Assembly (NCBI GenBank): GCA_016214265.1
Contig: JACROU010000049.1
Span: 9,589 to 73,588 of the forward strand
Source of the DNA: Candidatus Omnitrophota bacterium
GTDB lineage: Bacteria > Omnitrophota > Omnitrophia > Omnitrophales > JACROU01
Length of the DNA stretch: 64,000 bases
Direction of reading: 5' to 3'
The notes under the pieces are model-generated. The model was given only the letters and a program-made list of their open reading frames with translations. It had not been told where the DNA came from and ran no database searches. The translations under genes were made by a program, and so were the position numbers. Of the stretch, positions 19,731 through 30,045 are shown in pieces. How positions within the stretch are numbered: position 1 is the stretch's first letter; every line of letters begins with the position of its first letter.

Positions 19731-22217
19731 ATGAAAAAAGAGCGGGTGAATGAAATATTTGGAGTCATGCTTCTTTTTCTGGGTGCTTTTCTTCTGGCCA
19801 GTCTTTTCTTTCATCACAATGAAGATCATTCTTTCTTCAGTTCTCATGCCGGACAGCCTATCAAAAATCTTACGGGTGTCGCCGGCGTATATATTTCCCA
19901 CTATCTGATCTTAACTCTCGGATTTTCTTCTTATTTTGTGCCCGCAGCCTTTTTCTTTTTGGCGGGATGTCTCTTCCTTCAGAAAGTTCCTGAGCGTAAA
20001 TTCTTCAAATTTATTGGGTTGGGTTTTTTTGTTATTTCTTCAACCGCGATCTTTACGCTACTGACTCCAATGGACCAGAAGGTGAATACTGGAGGATTGG
20101 TCGGATATCTGGTTGCAAATTTTTTGCACGCCTATTTTGGTCAGCTGGGTGGATTGATTCTTTCTATTTCCTGCTTGTTGTTGTCATTTTTACTTGCGAC
20201 AGAATTCTTGCTTTATCCTATCTTTAGAAATATCTGGAATTGGTTTTATTCGGGGCTTCAAGAGCGGGTTGGAGAAAAGAATGCGCGTGAAAAAGAAAAG
20301 AGAGCAACATCGCAGCTAAAGAAAAGTGAAAAAAAGCTGGAGTTTAGCCTTAAAGGATTAAAGGAAAGATCTCAAACTGCGCAATCAAACAAACCTCCGC
20401 AAATCTCTGTAAAAAAAGGTGAGAAGGCGGATATCAAGCAGGTTGAAGTGCGTCCATTTGTGTTTAAAGACGTTCCGCTAAAAGTAAAAAAGTATGATCC
20501 ACTCGCGCTCAAAAGTGAAGTAGCGCTTAAAGATGACAAAAAACCCGTTATTAAAAAAAATGAGATTAAAGAAGATAAGAAGCTGGAAAAGAAAGCTGAG
20601 TCGCTGAAGGAGCAGGAAGTAAAAGAACGGCAAAAAGACGGATTAGTTGCTGAAGCCCCGAAGCTCAAAGAAAAGGACGGTGAGGTTCCTCCGGTGCCTG
20701 TAACTGATGTTGTTTCCATTTCAATCTCAAAATCAGACATCAATTCATCCTATCGGTTTCCAACGCTCGATCTTCTTAACAATCCTGAGCCTGTGACTCA
20801 TAAATTGGAAGATGACTTGGCTGAAAACTCCCGCATTCTTGAACAAACCCTGCGTGATTTTGGTATTGATGTAAAAGTGGTTGAGGTGGAGCAGGGACCT
20901 GTTATTACCCGTTACGAGATTTTGCCTGCCCCAGGTGTGAAGGTAAGCAGTATCACCAGTCTTGAAGATGATTTAGCTCTGGCGCTCAAGGCAACTAGTG
21001 TGCGCATTATAGCGCCGATTCCGGGTAAAGCCGCTGTTGGGATTGAAATTCCCAATTCCACAACCAATATGGTTTTTATCAAAGATTTGCTTGAAACCCG
21101 CGAGTACGCGAATCGCAAGTCGAAATTGCCTCTTGTGCTGGGAAAAGATTCCAGCGGCCGCACGTTGATTGCGGATTTGACGGAGATGCCACATTTGCTG
21201 ATTGCCGGCACAACCGGTTCTGGAAAAACAGTTTGCGTGAATGCGATTATCCTCGGATTTCTTTACTCGCTGTCTCCAGCCGATTTGAAATTGGTGATGA
21301 TTGATCCCAAAATGGTTGAGCTAGCTGTCTATAACAAGATTCCGCACATGATTTCTCCCGTAGTGACTGATGTGCGGAAAGCCGCGCAGTGTCTTAACTG
21401 GGTTGTCGGTGAAATGGAATCCCGTTATCGTCTGCTGGCCCGTGTCGGTGTGCGCAACATTCATTCGTTTAACACGCGCTCTGAAGACGACCGCAGTCGT
21501 GAGACTAATGAGATTCCGGCGAAGCTTCCATATATTGTTGTTATCATCGATGAATTGGCGGACCTCATGATGGTGGCGCAGGACAAAGTGGAGGGTGCGA
21601 TTACCCGATTGGCGCAGCTTTCGCGCGCGGTAGGCATTCACATTATTCTTGCGACTCAGCGGCCGTCCGTTGACGTAATTACAGGCGTGATCAAAGCTAA
21701 TTTCCCGGCCCGTATTTCATTCAAAGTGGCCTCCAAAGTGGATTCGCGCACGGTGCTGGACGGCAATGGAGCCGACACGCTTCTGGGTAAAGGCGATATG
21801 CTTTTCCTTGAACCCGGACAGCCGAAACCTATTCGCGGCCAGGCGGCGCTTGTCAAAGATAACGAAATTAACAAAGTCGTTAAATTTGTTGCCGATCAGG
21901 AAAAGCCGCAATATCTTGAAAGTCTGATGCAAGCTGGTGATCCAAAGCAATCCGGTGTCAGTCAGGAGAAAGATGAGATGTATGACGAGGCCGTGCGTGT
22001 TGTGCTTCAAACCGGACAGGCTTCGGCTTCAATTCTTCAGCGCCGGTTGCGACTTGGCTATTCCCGCGCCTCACGAATGATTGATCAGATGGAACAGAAT
22101 GGTATTGTCGGGCCCTTTCAGGGTTCTAAACCCCGAGAAATTCTAGTCCCGAGGGAGAGTTTTCCGGGAGGCGTTGAATCCTCAGCTTCTGAAAATTCTG
22201 AAGTAACCACGTCTTAA
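19731..22217 (+). CDS. ftsK: DNA translocase FtsK/SpoIIIE
   Basis: N-terminal 4TM region, Lys-rich linker, MPHLLIAGTTGSGKT, IDPKMVEL, IDELADLM, ATQRPSVDVITG, gamma domain LQRRLRLGYSRA. Confidence 0.96.
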   Translation: MKKERVNEIFGVMLLFLGAFLLASLFFHHNEDHSFFSSHAGQPIKNLTGVAGVYISHYLILTLGFSSYFVPAAFFFLAGCLFLQKVPERKFFKFIGLGFFVISSTAIFTLLTPMDQKVNTGGLVGYLVANFLHAYFGQLGGLILSISCLLLSFLLATEFLLYPIFRNIWNWFYSGLQERVGEKNAREKEKRATSQLKKSEKKLEFSLKGLKERSQTAQSNKPPQISVKKGEKADIKQVEVRPFVFKDVPLKVKKYDPLALKSEVALKDDKKPVIKKNEIKEDKKLEKKAESLKEQEVKERQKDGLVAEAPKLKEKDGEVPPVPVTDVVSISISKSDINSSYRFPTLDLLNNPEPVTHKLEDDLAENSRILEQTLRDFGIDVKVVEVEQGPVITRYEILPAPGVKVSSITSLEDDLALALKATSVRIIAPIPGKAAVGIEIPNSTTNMVFIKDLLETREYANRKSKLPLVLGKDSSGRTLIADLTEMPHLLIAGTTGSGKTVCVNAIILGFLYSLSPADLKLVMIDPKMVELAVYNKIPHMISPVVTDVRKAAQCLNWVVGEMESRYRLLARVGVRNIHSFNTRSEDDRSRETNEIPAKLPYIVVIIDELADLMMVAQDKVEGAITRLAQLSRAVGIHIILATQRPSVDVITGVIKANFPARISFKVASKVDSRTVLDGNGADTLLGKGDMLFLEPGQPKPIRGQAALVKDNEINKVVKFVADQEKPQYLESLMQAGDPKQSGVSQEKDEMYDEAVRVVLQTGQASASILQRRLRLGYSRASRMIDQMEQNGIVGPFQGSKPREILVPRESFPGGVESSASENSEVTTS

Positions 22218-22218
22218 A

Positions 22219-22953
22219 ATGCCTTCAAAAAAGCTTAAAATCCTAGTGGTTCAGCATGTTTCCTACGAAAGTTCCGGCATAATGGCTCCGTATTTCAAGA
22301 AATCCGGACATATCGTGAACCATTTCAAGCTCTATGATAAGAAAAGCCGCTTTACGAAAGATTTATTCAAGAATGATGTCTTTCTGTTTATGGGTGGTCC
22401 TATGAGCGTCAATGACGTGAAAGAATTTCCGTGGCTTGTTGACGAGAATCTGTTTATCCAGGATTTGCTTGCCAAAGAAAAAGGCGTGCTCGGGGTTTGC
22501 CTGGGTGCTCAGCTGCTTGCCAAAGCATTGGGGGCGCGAGTTTATCCTGGTCCCAAAAAGGAAATTGGCTGGTATACCGTTGATTTGACAAAAGAGGGTT
22601 TAGAGGATAATTGTTTACAGTCGTTGGAACGGGAGCCCAGAAACCGGGTTCGGGTGTTTCACTGGCATGGCGAGACCTTTGATTTGCCGAAGAAAACCGT
22701 GTGTCTTGCAGGCTCGAAAATTTGTCGGAATCAGGCGTTTAAATTAAATCCGAGAACTTATGCGGTTCAATTCCATCTGGAAATGGATCGTCCTCTGATT
22801 AACCGGTGGCTCGTGCACGGACGGGATGAAATTGTAAAGAGCGGTTTTAAGTCTGGTGTTATTCGTGAGGAGTCAGAAAAATATCTGAAAGGTTATCAGA
22901 AGAATGCTCGCCAGTTCTTCGATGCGTTTATCCATGAAATCTCTAAAAGCTAG
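22219..22953 (+). CDS. Type 1 glutamine amidotransferase (GMP-synthase-like)
   Basis: MGGPMS, GVCLGAQL nucleophile elbow, HWHGETF, QFHLE. Confidence 0.88.
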   Translation: MPSKKLKILVVQHVSYESSGIMAPYFKKSGHIVNHFKLYDKKSRFTKDLFKNDVFLFMGGPMSVNDVKEFPWLVDENLFIQDLLAKEKGVLGVCLGAQLLAKALGARVYPGPKKEIGWYTVDLTKEGLEDNCLQSLEREPRNRVRVFHWHGETFDLPKKTVCLAGSKICRNQAFKLNPRTYAVQFHLEMDRPLINRWLVHGRDEIVKSGFKSGVIREESEKYLKGYQKNARQFFDAFIHEISKS

Positions 22954-24301
22954 TTCTAAAAAAATTTCTGTTGGCATGCTCTCCCTAGGCTGTCCCAAAA
23001 CACTGGTGGATAGTGAGGTTGCGCTCGGCATTCTTCAAAACGAGGATTACGAGATTGCTGATTCCGTCACAGATTGTGATGTGGCGATTGTGAATACCTG
23101 CGCGTTTATTCATGATGCCCGCAAAGAATCAATCGAGAAAATTCTAAGTTTGAGTGTCCTGAAGGATGAGGGGCGCATTCAAAAGCTAGTAGTGATGGGC
23201 TGCCTGGCGCAGAAATATCATCACGAGCTGAAAGATCAAATGCCACAAGTGGACGCGTTTGTCGGCAGTGCGGATTTCCCAAAAATAGCAGAAATTCTTA
23301 ACGATGTCCGCCAGGGCCGTCGTGTGGTCGAAGTGGGAAAACCTCTTTTTCTTTACGATTACGATTCGCCGCGTTTTTCGCTGACACCATCTCATTTTCG
23401 TTACGTTAAAATTTCCGAAGGCTGCAATCACAAATGTTCGTTTTGTATTATTCCTGATTTAAAAGGTCTGCACCGCTCCCGAAGAATTGAGGATGTGATG
23501 AGCGAAGTGCGCGCGCATGGCCGCGCAGGAGTGAAAGAAGTCATTTTAACCGGGCAGGACACCACATTTTACGGAAGGGATTTTGCCGGTGAATTTATGT
23601 TGCCGGAGCTTTTGCGATCTTTGAATTCTGTCGACGAGATTTCATGGATTCGTTTGCTCTATGCCTATCCCGCACATTTAAGCGATGCGATTCTGGACGC
23701 GATTGCAGAATCTCAGAAAATTGTGAAGTACGTGGATGTGCCGTTGCAGCATATTGCTGATCCGATTCTTAAAAGCATGCGCCGTGGCGTGACAAGCGAA
23801 TTTATTCGTGCTTTGGTTAAAAGGATACGGCAGAGAATTCCGGGCGCGGCTATTCGCACCACGTTTATTGTCGGTTTTCCCGGTGAGACAGAGCAAGATT
23901 TTAATGAGTTGCTGGATTTCCTGGAGGAAACGAAATTTGACCGGCTTGGTGTTTTTCCTTATTCTTATGAACAAGATTCTTATTCCGGGACTTTGCCGGA
24001 TCAGATTCCTGACGAAATAAAGGAACAGCGGTTTCATCAGGCGATGAGTCTTCAGCAGAAGATTTCAAAGAAGAATTTCCGGCAGTTGATTGGCAAAACA
24101 CTTCCAGTTTTGATTGAAGGCGTCGCCGAGGAAAAGAAACAGGGTTTTGTGGGGCGTTCATATATGGACGCGCCGGATGTAGATGGTCTGGTTTACGTAA
24201 AATCGAAATCGAATCATAAACTGAAAGCCGGTGATTTGATCCCGTGCCGGATCACTGATTCTTTCGAATACGACCTAGCGGGAGAATATGTCACCGATTA
24301 A
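22934..24301 (+). CDS. rimO: Ribosomal protein S12 methylthiotransferase
   Basis: SLGCPKTLVDSE, VNTCAFI, GCLA, radical SAM CNHKCSFC, RLLYAYP, APDVDG TRAM domain; start could be 22904. Confidence 0.93.
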   Translation: MKSLKASSKKISVGMLSLGCPKTLVDSEVALGILQNEDYEIADSVTDCDVAIVNTCAFIHDARKESIEKILSLSVLKDEGRIQKLVVMGCLAQKYHHELKDQMPQVDAFVGSADFPKIAEILNDVRQGRRVVEVGKPLFLYDYDSPRFSLTPSHFRYVKISEGCNHKCSFCIIPDLKGLHRSRRIEDVMSEVRAHGRAGVKEVILTGQDTTFYGRDFAGEFMLPELLRSLNSVDEISWIRLLYAYPAHLSDAILDAIAESQKIVKYVDVPLQHIADPILKSMRRGVTSEFIRALVKRIRQRIPGAAIRTTFIVGFPGETEQDFNELLDFLEETKFDRLGVFPYSYEQDSYSGTLPDQIPDEIKEQRFHQAMSLQQKISKKNFRQLIGKTLPVLIEGVAEEKKQGFVGRSYMDAPDVDGLVYVKSKSNHKLKAGDLIPCRITDSFEYDLAGEYVTD

Positions 24302-24851
24302 AATTACACCGAATCATCTGACGATTATCCGCGTCATCCTCGCATTTGTAACTTTCTATCTCTTAATCCAATCATCATTTACAGCAAGAATTGTTGCGCT
24401 TTTTGTCTTTACTGTGGCCGCGCTTACTGATTTATGGGACGGCCAGTTGGCCCGTAGCGGTGCTATGGTCACCAATTTTGGAAAAATTCTGGATCCCATC
24501 GCAGATAAAATTCTTATCCTTGGTACTTTGTTTATTCTCAGTGATTTGGGAATGTACCCGTTTTGGGCTTTGATTCCTATTTTTGTCAGGGAGGTTGGGG
24601 TGACTGGCATTCGTTTTTATTTTTTGGGGAAAAATATTGTAGTGGCTGCAGAACGAAGCGGGAAGATTAAAGTGATTAGCCAGATCATTTCCCTTTTTGT
24701 CACATATGTTTGTTTGATGGTGAGGGACTATTCCCACTCAAATATCTTTTTTGACCTTGCGAATTATACTTTTCTTGCTGGCGCAACCTGGTTTTCACTT
24801 TCTTCGGGATGGGATTTTCTGAAACATAACTGGAGGAATCTGTATGCATAA
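24288..24851 (+). CDS. pgsA: CDP-diacylglycerol--glycerol-3-phosphate 3-phosphatidyltransferase
   Basis: PNHLTIIR, TDLWDGQLAR...GKILDPIADK CDP-alcohol motif. Confidence 0.92.
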   Translation: MSPIKITPNHLTIIRVILAFVTFYLLIQSSFTARIVALFVFTVAALTDLWDGQLARSGAMVTNFGKILDPIADKILILGTLFILSDLGMYPFWALIPIFVREVGVTGIRFYFLGKNIVVAAERSGKIKVISQIISLFVTYVCLMVRDYSHSNIFFDLANYTFLAGATWFSLSSGWDFLKHNWRNLYA

Positions 24852-25317
24852 ATCATTGCTTAAATTTGTGCTTTCGGCTTTTGGTCTGGGATTTATTCCG
24901 TTTGCACCTGGCACGTGGGGAAGCCTTGGTGGTCTTGCCCTTATTTGGCTGATTCATCGTTATCCCGTGGTTCCTGTTGCCGATCTTCTGATCTTTTTTG
25001 TCCTGTTGTTAATTACCGCCACGTTTGCGTCGGCTTATCTGAAGGTGACTGAGGGGAAAGAAAAAGATCCTCAATTTATCGTTATGGATGAAGTGCTTGG
25101 CATTTTCGCGACATTTATTTCACTACCGCTTAGTTGGACTACGGCAGTGATGGGATTTGTCCTTTTCAGAGTGTTTGATACCTTAAAACCGTTTGGCATC
25201 CGCCGACTTGAAAAAATTGAAGGCGCCACTGGAATTATTCTGGATGATATCGTCGCAGGACTTTTTGCTCATGTTATTGTCTTTATCTACATAAAAGTGG
25301 GCGGCCCGGTATGGTGA
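24844..25317 (+). CDS. pgpA: Phosphatidylglycerophosphatase A
   Basis: GLGFIPFAPGTWGS, DPQFIVMDEVLG, FRVFDTLKP, GIILDDIVAG. Confidence 0.93.
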   Translation: MHKSLLKFVLSAFGLGFIPFAPGTWGSLGGLALIWLIHRYPVVPVADLLIFFVLLLITATFASAYLKVTEGKEKDPQFIVMDEVLGIFATFISLPLSWTTAVMGFVLFRVFDTLKPFGIRRLEKIEGATGIILDDIVAGLFAHVIVFIYIKVGGPVW

Positions 25318-26438
25318 GATCTAGTTCAGGGGTTTTTCTTCTTTCTATCGGCTCGGAACTTCTTAAAGGGGAAGTGCTTAACACCAACGTCTTATTTTTA
25401 GGCCGCGTTCTTTTTGAACACGGTATGAAACTTGTTGGAGAGCGTTCCGTGCCGGATGACCCCGCACAAATTCACGTAGCGTTGCGTGAAGTTCTGGAAA
25501 TGTCCGATTTCGTGATTACCTCTGGAGGATTGGGACCGACATTTGATGATATTACGCATCAAACCCTTTCAGATTATTTTTATGGAGCGCAGGAATCGCC
25601 GATCAAGAATCATGTCGGCAAGGCGCCGGGAATCATGTTTCGATCTGCAGATAGAATTGTTATCGCATTGCCTGGTGTTCCCAGAGAATTTGAAGCGATG
25701 ATGCTGAAGGAAGTTCTTCCCAAGTATCTTGTAATGAAAAGAAGGAAGCTTGATTCTTTTTCTGTTAAGGCCGTTGGGATTTCAGAAGTTGATTTTCTAA
25801 AAAAGCTAGGGATGCTTCCTGATCCTCGGAATGTGGAATGCGGGATTTATCCATCGCTTGGGGAAGTCCGGTTTACCGCAGTGGGCAATAACTTACAGGC
25901 GTTGAAGAAGAAGCTTCAATCAAAGCTGAAGGATTATATTTACTCGTTTGATAACTCGGAGAGTTTCGAGCAGATTTTGGGTAAGCTGCTTTGCGCGAAA
26001 AAGAAAACTCTTTCTGTGGCGGAAAGTTGCACTGGTGGTTTAGTGACAAAACTTCTCACAGATATTCCTGGATCTTCCAAGTATTTTGTTGGCGGCATTA
26101 TTGCCTACGCCAATTCGGTAAAAGAAAATTTTGCGAATGTTCCGAAGTCCGTACTGTCAAGATACGGTGCTGTATCGAAAGAAGCCGGGATGTTATTGGC
26201 AGCGAATGTCCGCGCGCTGATGAACAGCAACTACGGAATTGGAATTACCGGAATTGCGGGGCCTGGTGGGGGTACGAAACAGAAACCTGTTGGACTTGTT
26301 TTTATTGCCGTAGCCAATTCAAAGCAGACATTTGTTGAGAAATTTCAATTTCGAGGCGACCGTGAACGCGTGCGACTACTGGCGGCCAAACGAGCGTTTT
26401 ATCTTTTATGGCACAAAATCAAATTCGAGCGTTTTTAG
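25311..26438 (+). CDS. cinA: CinA family protein (MoCF-like domain + NMN deamidase PncC domain)
   Basis: IGSELLKG..LNTN, SGGLGPTFDDIT, LPGVPRE, AESCTGG, GAVS, ITGIAGPGGG..KPVGLV. Confidence 0.9.
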   Translation: MVRSSSGVFLLSIGSELLKGEVLNTNVLFLGRVLFEHGMKLVGERSVPDDPAQIHVALREVLEMSDFVITSGGLGPTFDDITHQTLSDYFYGAQESPIKNHVGKAPGIMFRSADRIVIALPGVPREFEAMMLKEVLPKYLVMKRRKLDSFSVKAVGISEVDFLKKLGMLPDPRNVECGIYPSLGEVRFTAVGNNLQALKKKLQSKLKDYIYSFDNSESFEQILGKLLCAKKKTLSVAESCTGGLVTKLLTDIPGSSKYFVGGIIAYANSVKENFANVPKSVLSRYGAVSKEAGMLLAANVRALMNSNYGIGITGIAGPGGGTKQKPVGLVFIAVANSKQTFVEKFQFRGDRERVRLLAAKRAFYLLWHKIKFERF

Positions 26439-26995
26439 CCGTTCCTTTCGGAGAAATTTTCGAGAAGGAATTCTCGAGACTCGAAAAAGCATTCGCTGCT
26501 TATTCGAACGACATTAAATTCACGGATCCTCGTAATGTACATTTGACACTTCATTTCTTTGGATCCATTGATATCGAAAGAGTGGAAACTATCACATTGA
26601 TGCTTCGGAACTTGGCATCGCGGTTTCGTGCTTTTGATTTAGCGCTAAAAGATATCGGTGCGTTTCCGAATGTTAATCACCCAAAAGTGTTGTGGGTGGG
26701 GCTTGATGGGAATATCTGCGAACTTAAGGATTTAAAAGAAGCTTGCGATTTGGAGCTGGTTCGAATCGGTGTTCCGATTGAAGGACGGGATTTTAATCCC
26801 CATTTAACTTTAGGTCGTGTTCGTGAGGGGTCCCGGGTTCATATTATCATTCCGGATTTTCTAAAAAATTACACCTATGAACAAAAGCAAAAAGTCCGTG
26901 AAATTGTCCTTTTTCAAAGTGAACTTACAGCGAAAGGGCCCATCCACACGCCGCTCGAGCGCTTTGAGTTCAAATCTTCTCCTCGAAATTTATAA
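26408..26995 (+). CDS. thpR: RNA 2',3'-cyclic phosphodiesterase (2H family)
   Basis: RAFLAV, two HxT motifs (HLTLHF, PHLTLGR), GAFP...PKVLW, LFQSEL..KGPIH. Confidence 0.92.
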   Translation: MAQNQIRAFLAVPFGEIFEKEFSRLEKAFAAYSNDIKFTDPRNVHLTLHFFGSIDIERVETITLMLRNLASRFRAFDLALKDIGAFPNVNHPKVLWVGLDGNICELKDLKEACDLELVRIGVPIEGRDFNPHLTLGRVREGSRVHIIIPDFLKNYTYEQKQKVREIVLFQSELTAKGPIHTPLERFEFKSSPRNL

Positions 26996-27611
26996 ACGGT
27001 TGCGCCAGGATGGCGGGGATCAGAAATGGTGGCCAGGGGATACCCCATTTGAGGTGATGGTGGGAGCAATACTCACTCAAAATACGGCCTGGACGAATGT
27101 GGAAAAGGCTATAAATAATTTAAAACTCGCAAAAGTGCTTCATCCCAAGAAACTCGATCGGGCACCTCTTGCGCAGCTGCGTGTCTGGCTGAAACCCAGC
27201 GGGTTTTTTAATATCAAGACAAAGCGTCTGAAGCACTTCCTGGATTTTTTTAAATCGAGATACCAATTTTCGGTTGAAAAAATGAAGAGAGTTGATGCGA
27301 TAGCTCTTCGCCATGAGTTGCTTTTAGTGAACGGAATTGGCAAAGAGACGGCCGATTCCATTCTGCTTTATGCGCTCGGGAAGAAAATATTTGTGGTAGA
27401 TGCGTATACCCGCCGTATATTTTCACGGCATAATCTGATTGAAAAAGATTTGCCATATGATGACATCCGAAATTGGTTTGAAAAGCAACTTCCAGCCGCG
27501 CAGGAAATTTATAATGATTATCATGCCCAAATCGTTCGGATCGGGAAAGACTATTGCCGCAAGAATCCCGACTGTGGACGTTGTCCGCTAGAATTTCTTT
27601 TCCATAAATAA
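26964..27611 (+). CDS. Endonuclease III-like HhH-GPD glycosylase
   Basis: WWPGDTPFEVMVGAILTQNTAW, NGIGKETADSILLY, VVDAYTRR, C-terminal Cys cluster (CRKNPDCGRCP); start uncertain (TTG 26964 or ATG 26877). Confidence 0.85.
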   Translation: MSSNLLLEIYKRLRQDGGDQKWWPGDTPFEVMVGAILTQNTAWTNVEKAINNLKLAKVLHPKKLDRAPLAQLRVWLKPSGFFNIKTKRLKHFLDFFKSRYQFSVEKMKRVDAIALRHELLLVNGIGKETADSILLYALGKKIFVVDAYTRRIFSRHNLIEKDLPYDDIRNWFEKQLPAAQEIYNDYHAQIVRIGKDYCRKNPDCGRCPLEFLFHK

Positions 27612-27645
27612 AACCTTCCATTAGCCTCTTTAATTAGTCGTTAAT

Positions 27646-27674
27646 TTGCAAGGATGCAGGGTGGAAGTTATACT
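27646..27674 (+). promoter_or_regulatory. Putative sigma-70 promoter of the pilus operon
   Basis: TTGCAA(27646-51)-N17-TATACT(27669-74) in the intergenic region before the MshEN gene. Confidence 0.55.
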
Positions 27675-27747
27675 TAGCTTGTGACGTCTAACTCATTTAT
27701 TTTAAAGTGGATAGAAGTTCTTTCGTCGCAATGACGGGGAGCACAAT

Positions 27748-28263
27748 ATGGAGTCTCAATCAAAGGGCCAACGAATTGGTGAAATTCTTCTGGATCACGG
27801 AATTTTGAGCAGGGAAGAATTAAACAAGGCTCTTGAAACCCAAAAGGCAAAGGGTGGGTTGATTGGAGCAATTTTGGTGAATAGTGGTTTTGTGAAGGAA
27901 GAGGATCTGGCCTTTGCATTAGCAAAGCAATTTAATTACCCCTTTCTTTCCTTGGATAACGTAACCGTGAATAGGAATTTGATGAAAGAGTTTGGCAGAG
28001 AATTTCTGCTTGAGAATTGCTTTGTGCCGATCGAAAAGACCCGTGATGTGCTGACGGTTGCACTGGCTGATCCTTCAGATGATGAAACCATCAAGAAAAT
28101 ACAATCAAAGACAAATTTGAGTATTTTGGCTTTTGTCGGTGGCGTAAAACAAATTGAAGAAATGATACGCAGGGTTTTTGGCGGAACCAAAGAAAGTGAT
28201 TCTATTAAAACGGATTCAATTTTAAAAAAAGCGGCAGAAGACAAAATGAAAGACAAGAAGTGA
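27748..28263 (+). CDS. Stand-alone MshEN / T2SSE_N domain protein (putative c-di-GMP receptor)
   Basis: RIGEILLDHGILSREELNKALETQ-KAKGG-LIGAILVNSGFVKEEDLAFALAKQ tandem MshEN motif, then VALADP subdomain; no ATPase domain. Confidence 0.85.
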   Translation: MESQSKGQRIGEILLDHGILSREELNKALETQKAKGGLIGAILVNSGFVKEEDLAFALAKQFNYPFLSLDNVTVNRNLMKEFGREFLLENCFVPIEKTRDVLTVALADPSDDETIKKIQSKTNLSILAFVGGVKQIEEMIRRVFGGTKESDSIKTDSILKKAAEDKMKDKK

Positions 28264-28288
28264 TGTTGTAAAAAGAGGAGGGGCGCAA

Positions 28289-30034
28289 ATGGCAAAAAGT
28301 CTCCTCAATGAAAAACTGATTCGAAGAATGGTTGAAAAAGGGTTGATTCGCGCTGAGGATGCCGAATTGGTTTTGTCCAAAGGCGGTTCCCGGTCGGAAG
28401 TATCCCTGTTTAATGCTTTGGTGGAAAAAGACCTCTTGAGCGAAGATGAAATTTTCAACTTCCTCAAGGATGAATTTGGTTATCCTGCTGCCGATCCCAC
28501 GCATTTTACAATTACCCCGGAAGTTTTGAAGCTAATCCCGCAGGAAGTGGCTTTGGAACATAAAGTACTCCCATTATTTTTAATCGATAATGTCCTCACG
28601 ATAGCAACTTCAGATCCAACATCAATAATTGCGCTTGATGATATTCGTGCAAAATTGAAATTAAAATTCGACGTCATGCTTTGTCTCCCGAACAAATTGG
28701 ATGAAGCAATAGAGAAAAATTATACCCAATTTTCAGTCGCGGAAGTACCTCAAGGCCAAATCGAAGAGCTGATGAACATTGTTCAAAGGGATGACTCTGA
28801 TGTGAGCGATGAAGACGCTGCGGCGCTTCGACAGCAGGCTTCCGAAACTCCTGTAATCAAAGTGGCAAATTTGTTAATTGCAGAGGCCATACGGAAAAAT
28901 GCTTCAGACTTATTTGTTGAACCTTGGGAAAAATCCGTTCGTATCCGTATTCGGGTGGATGGTGTCCTGGAAGAACTGAAGGCTCCGCCAAAGTCTATGG
29001 CCAACGCTCTTATTTCCCGAATCAAGGTGATGAGTCAGTTAAATATTGCCGAACGACGTATACCGCAAGATGGTCGTTTTAAAGTAAAAATTCAAAATCG
29101 TGAAGTTGATGTGCGTGTTTCAGTAGTGCCGTCAAGTTTTGGCGAAAAAATTTGTTTGCGTATTCTTGATAAAAAAGGCACCGTTCTGCATTTGAATAAA
29201 TTGGGTTTTTTGGAAGAGGAACTTGAAAAAATCCGCCAATGCGCCTCAAAGCCCCACGGAATGATTTTGGTTACCGGACCCACTGGGAGTGGAAAGTCTA
29301 CGACGCTGTACTCAATTTTGAATTTGCTTCATAGCCCCGAAAAAAACATCACAACAGTCGAAGATCCCGTTGAATATCAAATAGCAGGGATCAATCAGGT
29401 GAATGTGCATGAAAATATCGGTCTGACTTTTGCCGCTGCGCTTCGATCCATTTTGCGGCAGGATCCCGACATTGTCATGATTGGTGAAATCCGTGACTTT
29501 GATACTTTGGATATCGCCATCAAAGCCGCGCTTACGGGACATCTGGTGTTGAGCACGCTTCACACGAATGACGCGATCAGTTCTTTGATCCGAATCCGTA
29601 ACATGGGCTTGGAACCTTTTCTTATTTCATCATCTATTTTGATGATATCAGCACAGCGCCTAGCCCGTCGGCTTTGTCAGCAGTGCCGCGAACCGTACAC
29701 GCCGGATCATGAGACTATCGAGCGTTATCATTTAACGGAAAAATCGGCGGGTGGACCCATTCAACTTTATCATCCCGTCGGCTGCCAGCATTGCGGAAGG
29801 AAGGGCTACCAGGGGCGCACTCTTTTGACCGAAGTCTTTCTTCTAACGCCTAAAATTAGATCTCTTATTATGACCCAGGTTTCTCAGGATGAATTGAAAC
29901 GGGCCGCAAAAGAGGAGGGAATGAGAACGCTGAGGGATACGGGAATTATTAAATCGCTCCAGGGAGAAACTTCGCTGGAGGAGGTAATTCGTTTGACTGC
30001 CGGGGAAATTGAAATCAGCAAAAATGCGACATGA
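28289..30034 (+). CDS. pilB: Type IV pilus assembly ATPase PilB/GspE family (copy 1)
   Basis: RIPQDGR, Walker A GPTGSGKST, TVEDPVE, LRQDPD, GEIRD, GHLVLSTLH, Zn motif CQQC/CQHC. Confidence 0.9.
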   Translation: MAKSLLNEKLIRRMVEKGLIRAEDAELVLSKGGSRSEVSLFNALVEKDLLSEDEIFNFLKDEFGYPAADPTHFTITPEVLKLIPQEVALEHKVLPLFLIDNVLTIATSDPTSIIALDDIRAKLKLKFDVMLCLPNKLDEAIEKNYTQFSVAEVPQGQIEELMNIVQRDDSDVSDEDAAALRQQASETPVIKVANLLIAEAIRKNASDLFVEPWEKSVRIRIRVDGVLEELKAPPKSMANALISRIKVMSQLNIAERRIPQDGRFKVKIQNREVDVRVSVVPSSFGEKICLRILDKKGTVLHLNKLGFLEEELEKIRQCASKPHGMILVTGPTGSGKSTTLYSILNLLHSPEKNITTVEDPVEYQIAGINQVNVHENIGLTFAAALRSILRQDPDIVMIGEIRDFDTLDIAIKAALTGHLVLSTLHTNDAISSLIRIRNMGLEPFLISSSILMISAQRLARRLCQQCREPYTPDHETIERYHLTEKSAGGPIQLYHPVGCQHCGRKGYQGRTLLTEVFLLTPKIRSLIMTQVSQDELKRAAKEEGMRTLRDTGIIKSLQGETSLEEVIRLTAGEIEISKNAT

Positions 30035-30045
30035 GGTGACATGCG

